Positions 38,819 to 48,145 of a stretch of 64,000 bases of DNA are shown one piece after another. Where the stretch lies: the IMG/VR virus record IMGVR_UViG_2902699553_000002, positions 3,496-67,495 of that record; one strand, 5' to 3'. Under the pieces are notes generated by a model that saw only the letters and a program-made list of their open reading frames with translations, ran no database searches and was not told the origin of the DNA. Origin of the DNA: a virus. Taxonomy: Duplodnaviria > Caudoviricetes. Both the position numbers and the translations under genes were made by a program. Every line of letters starts with the position of its first letter. The first letter of the stretch is position 1.

Positions 38819-39118
38819 ATGGCACTCGCCGCAATCAATCCGACAGGCCAGGCAGCGCTGACGGCTGGCACGGTTTCGTCCAACGTCGCCATTCCCGCGA
38901 CGGGCACGCCTACGCAAGTGCTGGTGCAGAACCTCGGCAGCCGGGCTGCGTTCGTGTTGCTGGGCTCATCGAATGCTGTCGCGGCAACAGTTGCCGATGG
39001 CACGCCCATTCTGCCCTGCCCCAATCCCGGTGTCGTGCTGACGCTCAGCACCAACACATTCATCGCGGCCATCACTGCCGATGGTTCGACGCCTCTGCGC
39101 GTCACCGCAGGAACCTGA
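38819..39118 (+). CDS. Small beta-rich virion-like protein
   Basis: 99 aa Thr/Ala/Gly-rich in the head module. Confidence 0.6.
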   Translation: MALAAINPTGQAALTAGTVSSNVAIPATGTPTQVLVQNLGSRAAFVLLGSSNAVAATVADGTPILPCPNPGVVLTLSTNTFIAAITADGSTPLRVTAGT

Positions 39119-39124
39119 TTCGCT

Positions 39125-40507
39125 ATGGCAATCCGCTTTTATTCCGTCGAGCAGCTTGGGCCCAAGCAATCTCTGACGCCTGAAGGATATCTGCTCTGTC
39201 TTGACGTGCCAGCTTCTCGCACAGGCCAGATGATCTACGGGCCGGATGAAACCCCGGTCAAGGCGGATGGCGAAGAGTTCGTACGCATCAATCGCACTGA
39301 CGAGGAAGTGTTTCGGCCTGATGCGATGGCGAGCCTGAATGGCAAGTCTGTCACCAACGACCATCCGGACGAAGACGTTAGCCCAGCCAACTGGAAGGAG
39401 CTCGAAAAGGGTGTTGTGATGAATCCGCGCCGCGGCAAGGGCTCGGAGGACGACCTTCTTTTCGTGGATCTTCTGATCAAAGACCCGGACACGATCCAGG
39501 CCGTGCGCGATGGCAAGCGGGAAGTCTCCGCAGGCTACGACGCTGAGTATTTTCAAACCGGCCCCGGTCAGGGCGAACAACGGAACATCCTGTTTAACCA
39601 TGTCGCGTTGGTCGAGAAAGGTCGCTGTGGCCCGCGATGCGCTATTGGCGACCACGCATCAATCCCCCAACCTGTGGAGAAACACCAAATGGCTACGCCC
39701 AGCAAATGGCTGAAAAAGATCCTCGACCGAGCGCACGATGCGAAGGATGAGGAAGAAATGAAGAAGATCGCCGACGAGGCGGCCGAGGAAGAATCCAAGG
39801 CCAAAAAAGAGGCTGAAGACAAGGCGCGCGACGAGGCTGAGAAGGAAGCCGAAGAAAAGGCCAAGGACAAGGCGCGCGATGCCGAAGAGCATGGCAAACG
39901 CCTGACGTCGCTCGAGGAAGGCCACAAGGAAATTCTCGGCAAGCTCGATGAGCTCAGCGCCAAGGTTGGTGACAAGGCTCGCGACGAGGAAGAGGAAGAG
40001 CGCAAGAAGAAGGAAGAGGAAGAAAAGGAGGCCAAGGATGCCGAAGCCGTCGAAGGCGAACTCGCCGAAGAAGCACCCGCCGGCACTGCCGATCGTGCAC
40101 GCAAGGCTCGCGACAGTTCGTTCCTCGAAGAATCGTTCCAGGACACGGTTGCCCTCGCAGAAATTATCGCGCCAGGCATCGCCATTCCGACCTTCGACCG
40201 CGCTGCCGCTCCGATCAAGTCGCTCGACCAGATGTGCGGCTTCCGTCGCAAGGCGCTTGACCTTGCCTACGTGCAGGCCGAGACGCGCAACATGATCGAC
40301 GAAGTGCTGGCCGGCAAGGAATTCGACCTGAAGGCCATGAAGTGTGACCGCGTGCGCGACCTCTTCCGCGCCGTCGGCGCCATGAAGCGCAAAGCCAACA
40401 ATACTCCGGTGCCGCGAGGGTGGGCACGTGATACCGGCGAAAAGGTAGTACCGAAAACGCTTGCGGACATCAACAAGATGAACCGCGAGCGTTTCGCCGC
40501 CAAGTAA
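39125..40507 (+). CDS. DUF2213 prohead protease/scaffold
   Basis: TPEGYL, VTNDHP, EVSAGY, NHVALVEKGRCG; charged scaffold-like C-terminal half. Confidence 0.88.
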   Translation: MAIRFYSVEQLGPKQSLTPEGYLLCLDVPASRTGQMIYGPDETPVKADGEEFVRINRTDEEVFRPDAMASLNGKSVTNDHPDEDVSPANWKELEKGVVMNPRRGKGSEDDLLFVDLLIKDPDTIQAVRDGKREVSAGYDAEYFQTGPGQGEQRNILFNHVALVEKGRCGPRCAIGDHASIPQPVEKHQMATPSKWLKKILDRAHDAKDEEEMKKIADEAAEEESKAKKEAEDKARDEAEKEAEEKAKDKARDAEEHGKRLTSLEEGHKEILGKLDELSAKVGDKARDEEEEERKKKEEEEKEAKDAEAVEGELAEEAPAGTADRARKARDSSFLEESFQDTVALAEIIAPGIAIPTFDRAAAPIKSLDQMCGFRRKALDLAYVQAETRNMIDEVLAGKEFDLKAMKCDRVRDLFRAVGAMKRKANNTPVPRGWARDTGEKVVPKTLADINKMNRERFAAK

Positions 40508-40572
40508 TTCCACCCTCCCTTCGCGTATTAATTGCCCGCTTCGGTGGGCATTTTCATTTGGAGATGTACATC

Positions 40573-41178
40573 ATGTTTCTGAAAAAAATGCTTCGAGCCA
40601 TTCTGGCAACCTTCGAGCCGAAGCGCCCCGGCATTTACATGGGCCACGCTCGTACCTGCGATATCTCGTTCGGATACCGCATGGGCGCGGGCTTCCCCGG
40701 CGATGTGAACCGCACTCACCCGGTCAATATCGAGCCGTGTCTGGTTGATCCCAGCGCACCGCCGACGCTTTACGGCCAGGCTGTGGTGATCGATGCAACG
40801 AGTCAGGGCGTTCGCCCGCTTGTTGCTGGCGACTCGTCACTGACCGCAATCTACGGTATCACCGTTCGTCCCTTCCCGATTCAGGGCCAGTCGAGCACGA
40901 ACTACGGCGCCAGCAACATCGGCGCGGCGACGCCGCCGACCAGCCAGCCAATGGATGTGGTCCGCAGCGGCTACATCATGTCGACCCTTTCGGGTTCGAC
41001 AGCCGCAGTCAAGGGCGGCACGGTCTACGTCTGGGTGGCTGCATCGAGCGGTTCGCACATTCAGGGCAACTTCGAGGCCGCGGCGACGGGCGGCAGCACG
41101 ATCGCACTCGATGCAAAGACGAGTTTCAACGGCCCCGCAGACGCAAGCGGTGTAGTTGAGGTCGCATTCAACATCTAA
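40573..41178 (+). CDS. Capsid cement/decoration protein
   Basis: YRM..G.PGDV, GITVRPFP, VKGGTVYV; between protease and major capsid genes. Confidence 0.75.
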   Translation: MFLKKMLRAILATFEPKRPGIYMGHARTCDISFGYRMGAGFPGDVNRTHPVNIEPCLVDPSAPPTLYGQAVVIDATSQGVRPLVAGDSSLTAIYGITVRPFPIQGQSSTNYGASNIGAATPPTSQPMDVVRSGYIMSTLSGSTAAVKGGTVYVWVAASSGSHIQGNFEAAATGGSTIALDAKTSFNGPADASGVVEVAFNI

Positions 41179-41210
41179 ACCATCGCCACACCTTCTGCGG
41201 AGCAACAACA

Positions 41211-42419
41211 ATGAGCAATCTGATTATCCCGCGTCGCACGGCGATGCGTTCGGCCGTCGATGAGCAATTCGGCGCACGGTTTGCGGGGCGCATGAAAACC
41301 CGCGACAGCATGACCTTCGACCAGGCCCGTTCGATGGGTGGCCGTGACAGCGGTGGCGGTCAATCGCTCGGTGGCGCGTATCGCACCCACGATGGCCTGC
41401 AGGACATCGCCGGCGGCCGTTACCGCACGGTTGACTCGACGGGCGCCTTCCTCGTTGGCGAACTCGAACGCCTGGACATGACGCTACATGAGCCTCTCGT
41501 GTCGGTTACGTGGGGTCGCGACATCGACCTACGCGAAGACGTCACGCTGGCCGACGAAGTGTCGAGCTACACCGTATCGACCTATGCGTCGGCTGGCGGC
41601 CTGGGTGCCGGCAACAGCATCGGTAACGGCAAAGCCTGGATGGGCAAGAAGACCAATCAGGTCTCCGGTGTGGGTGTGGATATCGGCAAGATCGTCCAGC
41701 CGTTGACGCCGTGGGCGCTGGAGCTGGCCTACACCATTCTGGAACTGGAATCGGCAGCCAAGACCGGCCGCCCGATCGACGTCCAGAAGTACAACGCGCT
41801 GAAGTTGAAGCACCAGATGGACATCGACGAAATGGTGTACATCGGCGATACGAGCCTGGGCATGTATGGCCTGTGGAATTCGAATAACCGTACTGGCGTG
41901 GATCAGGTCACGAACGTGTCGAACGTGGTCGCAGGCGCATCCGGCCAGACTCAATGGACCGGCAAGACGGCTGACGAAATCCTGAGCGACTTCAACTCGC
42001 TGATCGTTTCCGTATGGGCGGCTTCGGGTTACGCATTGATGCCCGGAAAGATCGCTTTGCCGCCGGCCCAGTTCGGCTACATCTCGACCGAGAAAGTGTC
42101 GCAGGCCGGCAACGTCTCGATCCTGAAGTACGTCAAGGAAAACAACGTCATGACCGCAGAAACGGGCGGCCAACTCGAAATCGTGCCGAGCAAGTGGCTG
42201 GTCGGCGCAGGCGTTGGCGGCACCGTCGGCACGTTGGGAACCGTAGATCGGATGGTTGCGTACACACAGGAGAAGGATCGCGTGCGCTACCCGATGACGA
42301 TGTTGAACAGCACGCCGATTCAATACGATTCTGTCTATCACAAATCGACATATTACGGCCGTCTTGGCGTGCTGGAAATCGTGTACCCGGAAACTATCGG
42401 TTACCGGGATCAGATCTGA
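41211..42419 (+). CDS. Major capsid protein (DUF2184-type)
   Basis: [25 protein letters not shown]; YIGD; DRMVAY; YPET..Y.D. Confidence 0.88.
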   Translation: MSNLIIPRRTAMRSAVDEQFGARFAGRMKTRDSMTFDQARSMGGRDSGGGQSLGGAYRTHDGLQDIAGGRYRTVDSTGAFLVGELERLDMTLHEPLVSVTWGRDIDLREDVTLADEVSSYTVSTYASAGGLGAGNSIGNGKAWMGKKTNQVSGVGVDIGKIVQPLTPWALELAYTILELESAAKTGRPIDVQKYNALKLKHQMDIDEMVYIGDTSLGMYGLWNSNNRTGVDQVTNVSNVVAGASGQTQWTGKTADEILSDFNSLIVSVWAASGYALMPGKIALPPAQFGYISTEKVSQAGNVSILKYVKENNVMTAETGGQLEIVPSKWLVGAGVGGTVGTLGTVDRMVAYTQEKDRVRYPMTMLNSTPIQYDSVYHKSTYYGRLGVLEIVYPETIGYRDQI

Positions 42420-42469
42420 GCGTTGCCGACTCCGGGATGGAATCTCATTCCGGAGCACAAGGAACTGCA

Positions 42470-42754
42470 ATGAACCAACCTATGAAAGGCCCGATGGACG
42501 TTGCTGTGCCGGGCGAGCTGCTCGTCACAGCAATTGTTCCGCGCACCTTCATCCTGACGCTCGCCAACAGTGTGCCGATCAGGGTTCCAGGTGGCATTCA
42601 CGAAATGCCCGAAGCGATCGCCAACCATTCCTATTCGAAAGCCAATGGCGTGAGCATTTACGTGCCTGCCAAGGCTGCAGAGCCGGTTGCCGCCGAATCG
42701 GAGCCGACCGAAGTCAGGCGCGGTCCCGGTCGACCACCAAAAGCCCAGTCGTAG
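42470..42754 (+). CDS. Hypothetical head-associated protein
   Basis: GIHEMPE.IA.H.Y; RRGPGRPPK tail. Confidence 0.6.
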   Translation: MNQPMKGPMDVAVPGELLVTAIVPRTFILTLANSVPIRVPGGIHEMPEAIANHSYSKANGVSIYVPAKAAEPVAAESEPTEVRRGPGRPPKAQS

Positions 42755-42762
42755 GAGTCGCC

Positions 42763-42978
42763 ATGCCGCTTGAACAAGGTAAGTCAGAAGCCGCGCATAG
42801 CGCCAACGTGAAGACGGAAATCGAAGCTGGAAAATCGCCCGCGCAGGCGAATGCGATCGCCTATTCTGTCGCCGGCGAAGGTCGTGATTGTCTGCCGGGA
42901 AATCTGCCCGTGCAATCGACCGTCACGCAGGCCGACATGATCGCCGACAACCGTAATTACTGGCAGCAGAAGAAGTGA
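42763..42978 (+). CDS. Small conserved phage protein
   Basis: MPL..GKS....S.NV..EI.AGK...QA.AIAY motif; AGGAG SD. Confidence 0.65.
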   Translation: MPLEQGKSEAAHSANVKTEIEAGKSPAQANAIAYSVAGEGRDCLPGNLPVQSTVTQADMIADNRNYWQQKK

Positions 42979-43709
42979 GCAATCCTACCGTCGCCATCAC
43001 CGCGCCGTCGGCGGGAAGTTTTCAGCTGGCTGGCTCGCCGGTTACGCTCGCTGCGTCTGCGGCGGCAACATCTCCGGCAACCATCGCCAGTGTGGCTTTC
43101 TATGCGAATGGCGCCCTGCTCTCGACGGTCAACGCCGCACCATTCCAGTATGCGTGGTCGCAACCGATCGGCGGTGAGTACAGCATCACCGCAGTAGCGA
43201 CGGACAGTAACGGGCTGCAGACGACGTCCAACGCCATCACTTTCACGCTGATCCAGTTGCGCACAGATTTTCCGGAGTTTTCGAGCAGCACGAGTTATCC
43301 GGATGCGGTCGTGAATTTCTGGCTGGGCGTGGCCGGCAACATGCTGATCGCCAACCGGTGGGGAAACATGCTCAGCGTCGGTATTGAGCTGTATGCCGCG
43401 CATAACCTGGTGCTCGAAGCGCAGGCGGCTATGACGACGGCTGTCGGTGGCATCCCTGGCGTATCGAAAGGCCCCGTCAATGGCGAGAGCATCGATAAAG
43501 GCAGTGTCTCGTATGACTCGGTTACTGCCTCTGAAGGTGGCGCGGGCAACTGGAATTTGACCACCTATGGATCGCGCTTCATTCGCATGGCAAAGATGTT
43601 CGGTGCCGGTGGATTGCAGATCGGCATCGGCTTTAATCCCAATCCGTTGAGCGGTGGCGCATGGCCAGGTCCTGACTGTGATCCTGGGTTTGCGAACTTC
43701 GGTAACTGA
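42975..43709 (+). CDS. Ig-like domain fused to DUF4054 head-tail connector
   Basis: [30 protein letters not shown], then RTDFPEF..Y AAH..WNLTTYG..F. Confidence 0.8.
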   Translation: MSNPTVAITAPSAGSFQLAGSPVTLAASAAATSPATIASVAFYANGALLSTVNAAPFQYAWSQPIGGEYSITAVATDSNGLQTTSNAITFTLIQLRTDFPEFSSSTSYPDAVVNFWLGVAGNMLIANRWGNMLSVGIELYAAHNLVLEAQAAMTTAVGGIPGVSKGPVNGESIDKGSVSYDSVTASEGGAGNWNLTTYGSRFIRMAKMFGAGGLQIGIGFNPNPLSGGAWPGPDCDPGFANFGN

Positions 43710-43711
43710 CC

Positions 43712-44209
43712 ATGAAATCCGGTGCGAAGATGACGAAGGATTCCATGGCGTCGCTGCGTAAATCTATCGAAGACCTGTCGAAACAGCGCGTGCTGGTGGG
43801 GATTCCGAGTGAGGAAGCGGCGCGCGTGAACGACGATGGCTCAGTCTCGCCGATCAACAATGCGAGACTTGGATACATCGTCGAGCGAGGTTCTCCAGCG
43901 AGCAATATCCCGGAGCGTCCTTTTCTGGTTCCAGGTGTTCAGGAATCACTCCCGCAAGCTAATCCGCGCATCGGGAAGGCTGGGGCAAAGATGCTCGCAG
44001 GCGACCCTGCTGGCGCTGAGAAGGAGCTCCACGCTGCCGGCCTGATCGCCCAAGCCTCTGTGAAACGCAAGATGAATGTCGGCCCGTTCGCAAAATTGGC
44101 CGATAGCACCCTCGCAGCGCGCCGGCGCCGCGGCGTTACGCGTATCACGCCGACGGTCGATACGGCGAATCTGCAGGCGCATATCACCTACGTTGTCAGG
44201 AAGAAATAG
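43712..44209 (+). CDS. Neck/tail completion protein
   Basis: VLVGIP, NIPERPFL, LADSTL.AR..P.VDT..L...ITY. Confidence 0.75.
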   Translation: MKSGAKMTKDSMASLRKSIEDLSKQRVLVGIPSEEAARVNDDGSVSPINNARLGYIVERGSPASNIPERPFLVPGVQESLPQANPRIGKAGAKMLAGDPAGAEKELHAAGLIAQASVKRKMNVGPFAKLADSTLAARRRRGVTRITPTVDTANLQAHITYVVRKK

Positions 44210-44211
44210 CC

Positions 44212-44622
44212 ATGCCGATGATAGACATCAGCACTGCGCTGACCAGCCTGATGTTCGTGGATGTGTTTCAGGTGACGCGCCGCACCGAGACGGTTGATGA
44301 ATACGGCGAGTCAGTCGTTACCACTCAGGTTTTCTTTCCCGTCTATGGATCGGTTCAGGCGGCCAGCAATAACGACCTGAAGCGCCTGCCAGACGAGCAG
44401 CACCAGGGCAAGAATATCAGCATCGTCACGAAGTTTCCGCTGCAGGGTGTGGCACGCGGCATGCAGCCTGACCTCATCCAGTGGCCGATGAATAACGGTG
44501 GATCGAACGCCGACAATTTCGTCGTCGCCTATCTCGACGATTATTCGCAGTTCGCCGCCGGGTTTATCCAGGCGATTGCGCATTCTATCGATATGGTCGA
44601 CTACACACCTACACCGAACTGA
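44212..44622 (+). CDS. Head-tail adaptor
   Basis: Position and size; DLKRLPDEQ. Confidence 0.6.
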   Translation: MPMIDISTALTSLMFVDVFQVTRRTETVDEYGESVVTTQVFFPVYGSVQAASNNDLKRLPDEQHQGKNISIVTKFPLQGVARGMQPDLIQWPMNNGGSNADNFVVAYLDDYSQFAAGFIQAIAHSIDMVDYTPTPN

Positions 44623-44624
44623 TC

Positions 44625-45209
44625 ATGGCAAACGACTCGAGCACGGGCGGATATCTAACGCCCGCGACCAGTCCTGCGCCGCTCGAAGGGCAAGCATTAA
44701 ACCGGTTTCTGCAACAGGTATGGGTCGGCATCGCAGGACTGGACGGAACGCTGATCCGGCCGCGCTGGCAGGCTGAGCCCCCCGCTATCCCGCCGTTCGG
44801 CACCGACTGGATGGCTTTTGGGATTACGAGACGCAAGGGCGACACGTTCACGTCAACGATTCACGATCCGACTGGCAACGGCAATGATTCGGTCTACCGG
44901 CAGGAAATGCTGGACATCCTGTGTACGTTCTACGGGCCTGATGCGGACAACTATGCCTCGTTGCTTCGCGAAGGTCTGTTCGTCGCCCAGAACCGCGAAG
45001 TCCTGCAACTGAACAATTTTGGCCTCGTCGAGGTTGGCGAGGCCATCGCAGTCCCTGAGATCATCAAGGATCGCTGGACGTACCGGGTCGACATGAGAGT
45101 CACCTTGCGCCGCTCGATTCTGCGCACATATCCGGTCCTGAACATTCTTTCCGCAGAAGGCACGGTCGATACCGATCCATACACCATTCCCTTCACCGTT
45201 TCCGAATAA
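44625..45209 (+). CDS. Tail terminator/neck protein
   Basis: NDSSTGGYL, IRPRWQ, FYGP, QNR; before the sheath gene. Confidence 0.65.
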   Translation: MANDSSTGGYLTPATSPAPLEGQALNRFLQQVWVGIAGLDGTLIRPRWQAEPPAIPPFGTDWMAFGITRRKGDTFTSTIHDPTGNGNDSVYRQEMLDILCTFYGPDADNYASLLREGLFVAQNREVLQLNNFGLVEVGEAIAVPEIIKDRWTYRVDMRVTLRRSILRTYPVLNILSAEGTVDTDPYTIPFTVSE

Positions 45210-45268
45210 CCCCTAGCATCACCTTCTGAGCCCGCCGCGCGCGGGCTTTTTCATTTCTGGGACCATCC

Positions 45269-47083
45269 ATGACGACGGCTCAACTTCCTATTTCGCGCCT
45301 GATCCAGGGGACCGTGAACCTGTCGCCAAACGCGGCCCAGGCACAGAACCTGAATACCGAACTGATCCTCGGCTCCTCGCCGGTGATCGATGTGAATTCG
45401 CGGATGCGCATTTACACCGGGATCACTGGTGTCGCCGCTGATTTCGGCACGACCGCCCCTGAATATCTGGCCGCGGTCGACTGGTTTGGGCAACTGCCCT
45501 CGCCTGCCAATGTCCTGATCGGCCGGTGGGCGCAGACCGCGACTGCTGCGGAGCTGTTCGGCGCATCCTTGTCGGTCGCGCAACAATTGATATCCGCATG
45601 GACGGCCATTACGGCTCCGGCCTTCTCGATCACGATCAACGGCACGCCGTACACCATCTCGCCGGCAAGTTTCGCAACGCAGACGAATCTGAACGGGATT
45701 GCGGCGCTGATCCAGACCGCTCTGGCTGCCGCCGTGGCCGGCTCGACCTGCGTGTGGAATTCGAGTTTTGCCCAGTTCCAGATCACTGACGGCACGACCG
45801 GTGCAACGTCGACGCTCAGTTTTGCCAGCGCGCCGACGGCATTCGGCTCGGTAACGTATTCGGTCAACCCGTCTGCGGCTGCCACGGTCACGATCGGCGG
45901 CACTGCGGTCACGTACGTCTCGGCGCTGACCACTGGTAACCAGATCCTGCTCGGAGCCACGCTGGCTGCAACGCTCGCCAACGCGGTGACGTTCCTGAAC
46001 CAGTCGACCGACACGAATCTGTCGAAGGCTGTCTATTCGGTTAATCAGGCCGGCACTGCGCTCCAGATCGTCTACAAGACCGCCGGAACGGGCGGCAATG
46101 CATTCACGCTGGCGGGTTCGGTTGGAACCGTCTCTGGCGCCACACTGAGCGGCGGAAGCGGTATGGATATCTCCTCGATGCTAGGCATGACCGCTGCCTC
46201 CTCGGGTGCATTCGTCGCGCAAGGTGTTGCAGCAGAATCGGCTGTCGCAGCGGCCACCCTGTTTGACAACCAGTTCGGCCAACAATGGTACGGCCTGACG
46301 GTCCCGCAAGCCGCTGATTCGGATCACCTTGCACTCGCAGCATTCATTGAGGCAACGACCAACAAGCACTTCTACGGCGTGACCACGCAAGAGGCTGGTG
46401 TCCTGACGACGCAGAGCACGACCGATATCGCTTCGCAGTTGCAAGCGCTTGGCTACAACAAGACCTGTACGCAATTCTCGAGCAATAGCGCCTATGCAGT
46501 GAACTCGCTGCTCGGCCGCCAGTTGACGGTGGACTACACGGGCAACAATACGGTCATCACCCTGTTCTACAAGCAGGAGCCGGGTGTGCAGGCGGAAACG
46601 CTCAATGCCACGCAGATCGGCGCGCTCGAAGCCAAGAACTGCAATGTCTATGTCGCCTACAACAACGGCACGACGATCATCGAGCCGGCCAAGGTCGCGT
46701 CGGGCCAGTTCATTGACACTATCGTTGGTTGCGATGCGTTCGTGATCGACGTTCAGACGGCCGTGTTCAATTTGCTCTATACGAGCACAACGAAGATTCC
46801 GCAAACCGATCCGGGCATGCACATCATCGCGACGGCCATCGAGACAGTCTGCCAGCAGTACGTCAACAACGGCCTGTTGGCTCCGGGTACCTGGAATAGT
46901 GGCGGTTTCGGCACGCTGAACCAGGGTGATTTCCTTCCCAAGGGCTTCTACGTCTATCAGCCGCCGGTTGCATCGCAGAGTCAGGCGGACCGCGCGGCGC
47001 GCAAGTCGGTTCCCTTCCAGATCGCAGCAAAGTTGGCCGGCGCAGTTCACACAGCCGACTTCGCAATAAATGTAAATCCCTGA
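45269..47083 (+). CDS. Tail sheath protein (DUF3383)
   Basis: VAADFG..APEY.AA..WF.Q, KQEPGV, KIPQTD, KGFYVY, LAGAVH. Confidence 0.9.
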   Translation: MTTAQLPISRLIQGTVNLSPNAAQAQNLNTELILGSSPVIDVNSRMRIYTGITGVAADFGTTAPEYLAAVDWFGQLPSPANVLIGRWAQTATAAELFGASLSVAQQLISAWTAITAPAFSITINGTPYTISPASFATQTNLNGIAALIQTALAAAVAGSTCVWNSSFAQFQITDGTTGATSTLSFASAPTAFGSVTYSVNPSAAATVTIGGTAVTYVSALTTGNQILLGATLAATLANAVTFLNQSTDTNLSKAVYSVNQAGTALQIVYKTAGTGGNAFTLAGSVGTVSGATLSGGSGMDISSMLGMTAASSGAFVAQGVAAESAVAAATLFDNQFGQQWYGLTVPQAADSDHLALAAFIEATTNKHFYGVTTQEAGVLTTQSTTDIASQLQALGYNKTCTQFSSNSAYAVNSLLGRQLTVDYTGNNTVITLFYKQEPGVQAETLNATQIGALEAKNCNVYVAYNNGTTIIEPAKVASGQFIDTIVGCDAFVIDVQTAVFNLLYTSTTKIPQTDPGMHIIATAIETVCQQYVNNGLLAPGTWNSGGFGTLNQGDFLPKGFYVYQPPVASQSQADRAARKSVPFQIAAKLAGAVHTADFAINVNP

Positions 47084-47102
47084 GCCCTAATCGAGAGCAA
47101 AC

Positions 47103-47546
47103 ATGACGACTTATAGTTTTCAGGACTATGCCATGACCATTACTGGTCCTGGCGGGTCAATCACGCTCGGCGATGGCTCGGGCGCAGCTAAGGAAGGCGC
47201 GACATTCGAATTCGTCGAGAACAAGAACACGATGGTGATTGGCGCCGACGGTTCGGGCATGAATAGCCTGAACGCAAGCAAGGCCGGCAAGATCACCGTG
47301 CGCCTGCTGAAGACGTCGCCGACGAACGGTCTACTGAGCGCCATGTACGCATTCCAGAGCACCAGCTCAGCGAACTGGGGGCAAAACGTAATAGCGGCTT
47401 CGGATATCGTCCGCGGTGAGCAGTACTCCTGCCAGCAGGTTTCGTTCTCGAAGTTCCCGAACAACACCTACGCGATGGATGGCAATATCCTTGAGTGGAA
47501 TTTCGATACGGTCGCGATGGATGCCGCACTGGCAACGGGGATTTAA
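47103..47546 (+). CDS. Tail tube protein (DUF3277-like)
   Basis: TYSF, KNTMVIGADG, LLKTSPTN. Confidence 0.85.
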   Translation: MTTYSFQDYAMTITGPGGSITLGDGSGAAKEGATFEFVENKNTMVIGADGSGMNSLNASKAGKITVRLLKTSPTNGLLSAMYAFQSTSSANWGQNVIAASDIVRGEQYSCQQVSFSKFPNNTYAMDGNILEWNFDTVAMDAALATGI

Positions 47547-47936
47547 GTGATGCTTGATACCGTTGAAGTGAATGGCCAGTCGTACCGGATTGGCAAGATG
47601 CCGGCACGCGAACAGTTCCACGTAGTGCGCCGGCTCGGCCCCGCGATCATGGGTTTCCTCGCGTCTGGCGTGAAGGGTGGAAGCGTCGCTGGTGCGATTG
47701 GTCCGATCATCGACCATCTCTCAAAGATGAGCGATGAAGATTCGGACTATGTGCTGGATCACTGCCTGAGCGTCGTGCATCGTGCCCAAGGGAATGACTG
47801 GGTAAAGGTGCGCGCTCCGAATGGCGCGTTGATGTTCAACGACATCGAACTGCCCCAGTTGATCAACCTTACGCGCGCCGTCCTCACCGAGAATCTCCGC
47901 GGGTTTTTTCCCGCAGCCGCGCCCGAGTCGAAATAG
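47547..47936 (+). CDS. Tail assembly chaperone
   Basis: YRIGK..A.EQFHV.RR; ENL..FF end. Confidence 0.8.
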   Translation: MMLDTVEVNGQSYRIGKMPAREQFHVVRRLGPAIMGFLASGVKGGSVAGAIGPIIDHLSKMSDEDSDYVLDHCLSVVHRAQGNDWVKVRAPNGALMFNDIELPQLINLTRAVLTENLRGFFPAAAPESK

Positions 47937-48145
47937 ACGAGTCGGGACCGGGGATAGAACTGGTTTCGATGCCCGACGAGGAAGATTGGCTGTGGCGGCC
48001 AGCATCCGAAGGATTGTGCAAGTACGAGTCTGTGATTGATGGAACGCTGGACCTCGGAGACCTGGCGACCATGAACGACATTCTCAGTGTGCGCTTTGAA
48101 AACCAACGAAGACTGCAAGAGGCCGCTGAGCGGAGTCGACAATGA
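47906..48145 (+). CDS. Chaperone extension (gpGT-like) in the -1 frame
   Basis: GGG TTT TTT at 47901-47909; -1 frame open to TGA at 48145 (DWLWRP..GLCKYES..DGTLDL..MND). Confidence 0.65.
   Translation, partial: FSRSRARVEIDESGPGIELVSMPDEEDWLWRPASEGLCKYESVIDGTLDLGDLATMNDILSVRFENQRRLQEAAERSRQ

Noticed and set aside
39568-42470. Long minus-strand ORFs opposite scaffold and capsid genes
   Set aside because: GC-rich codon shadows with no recognisable domains
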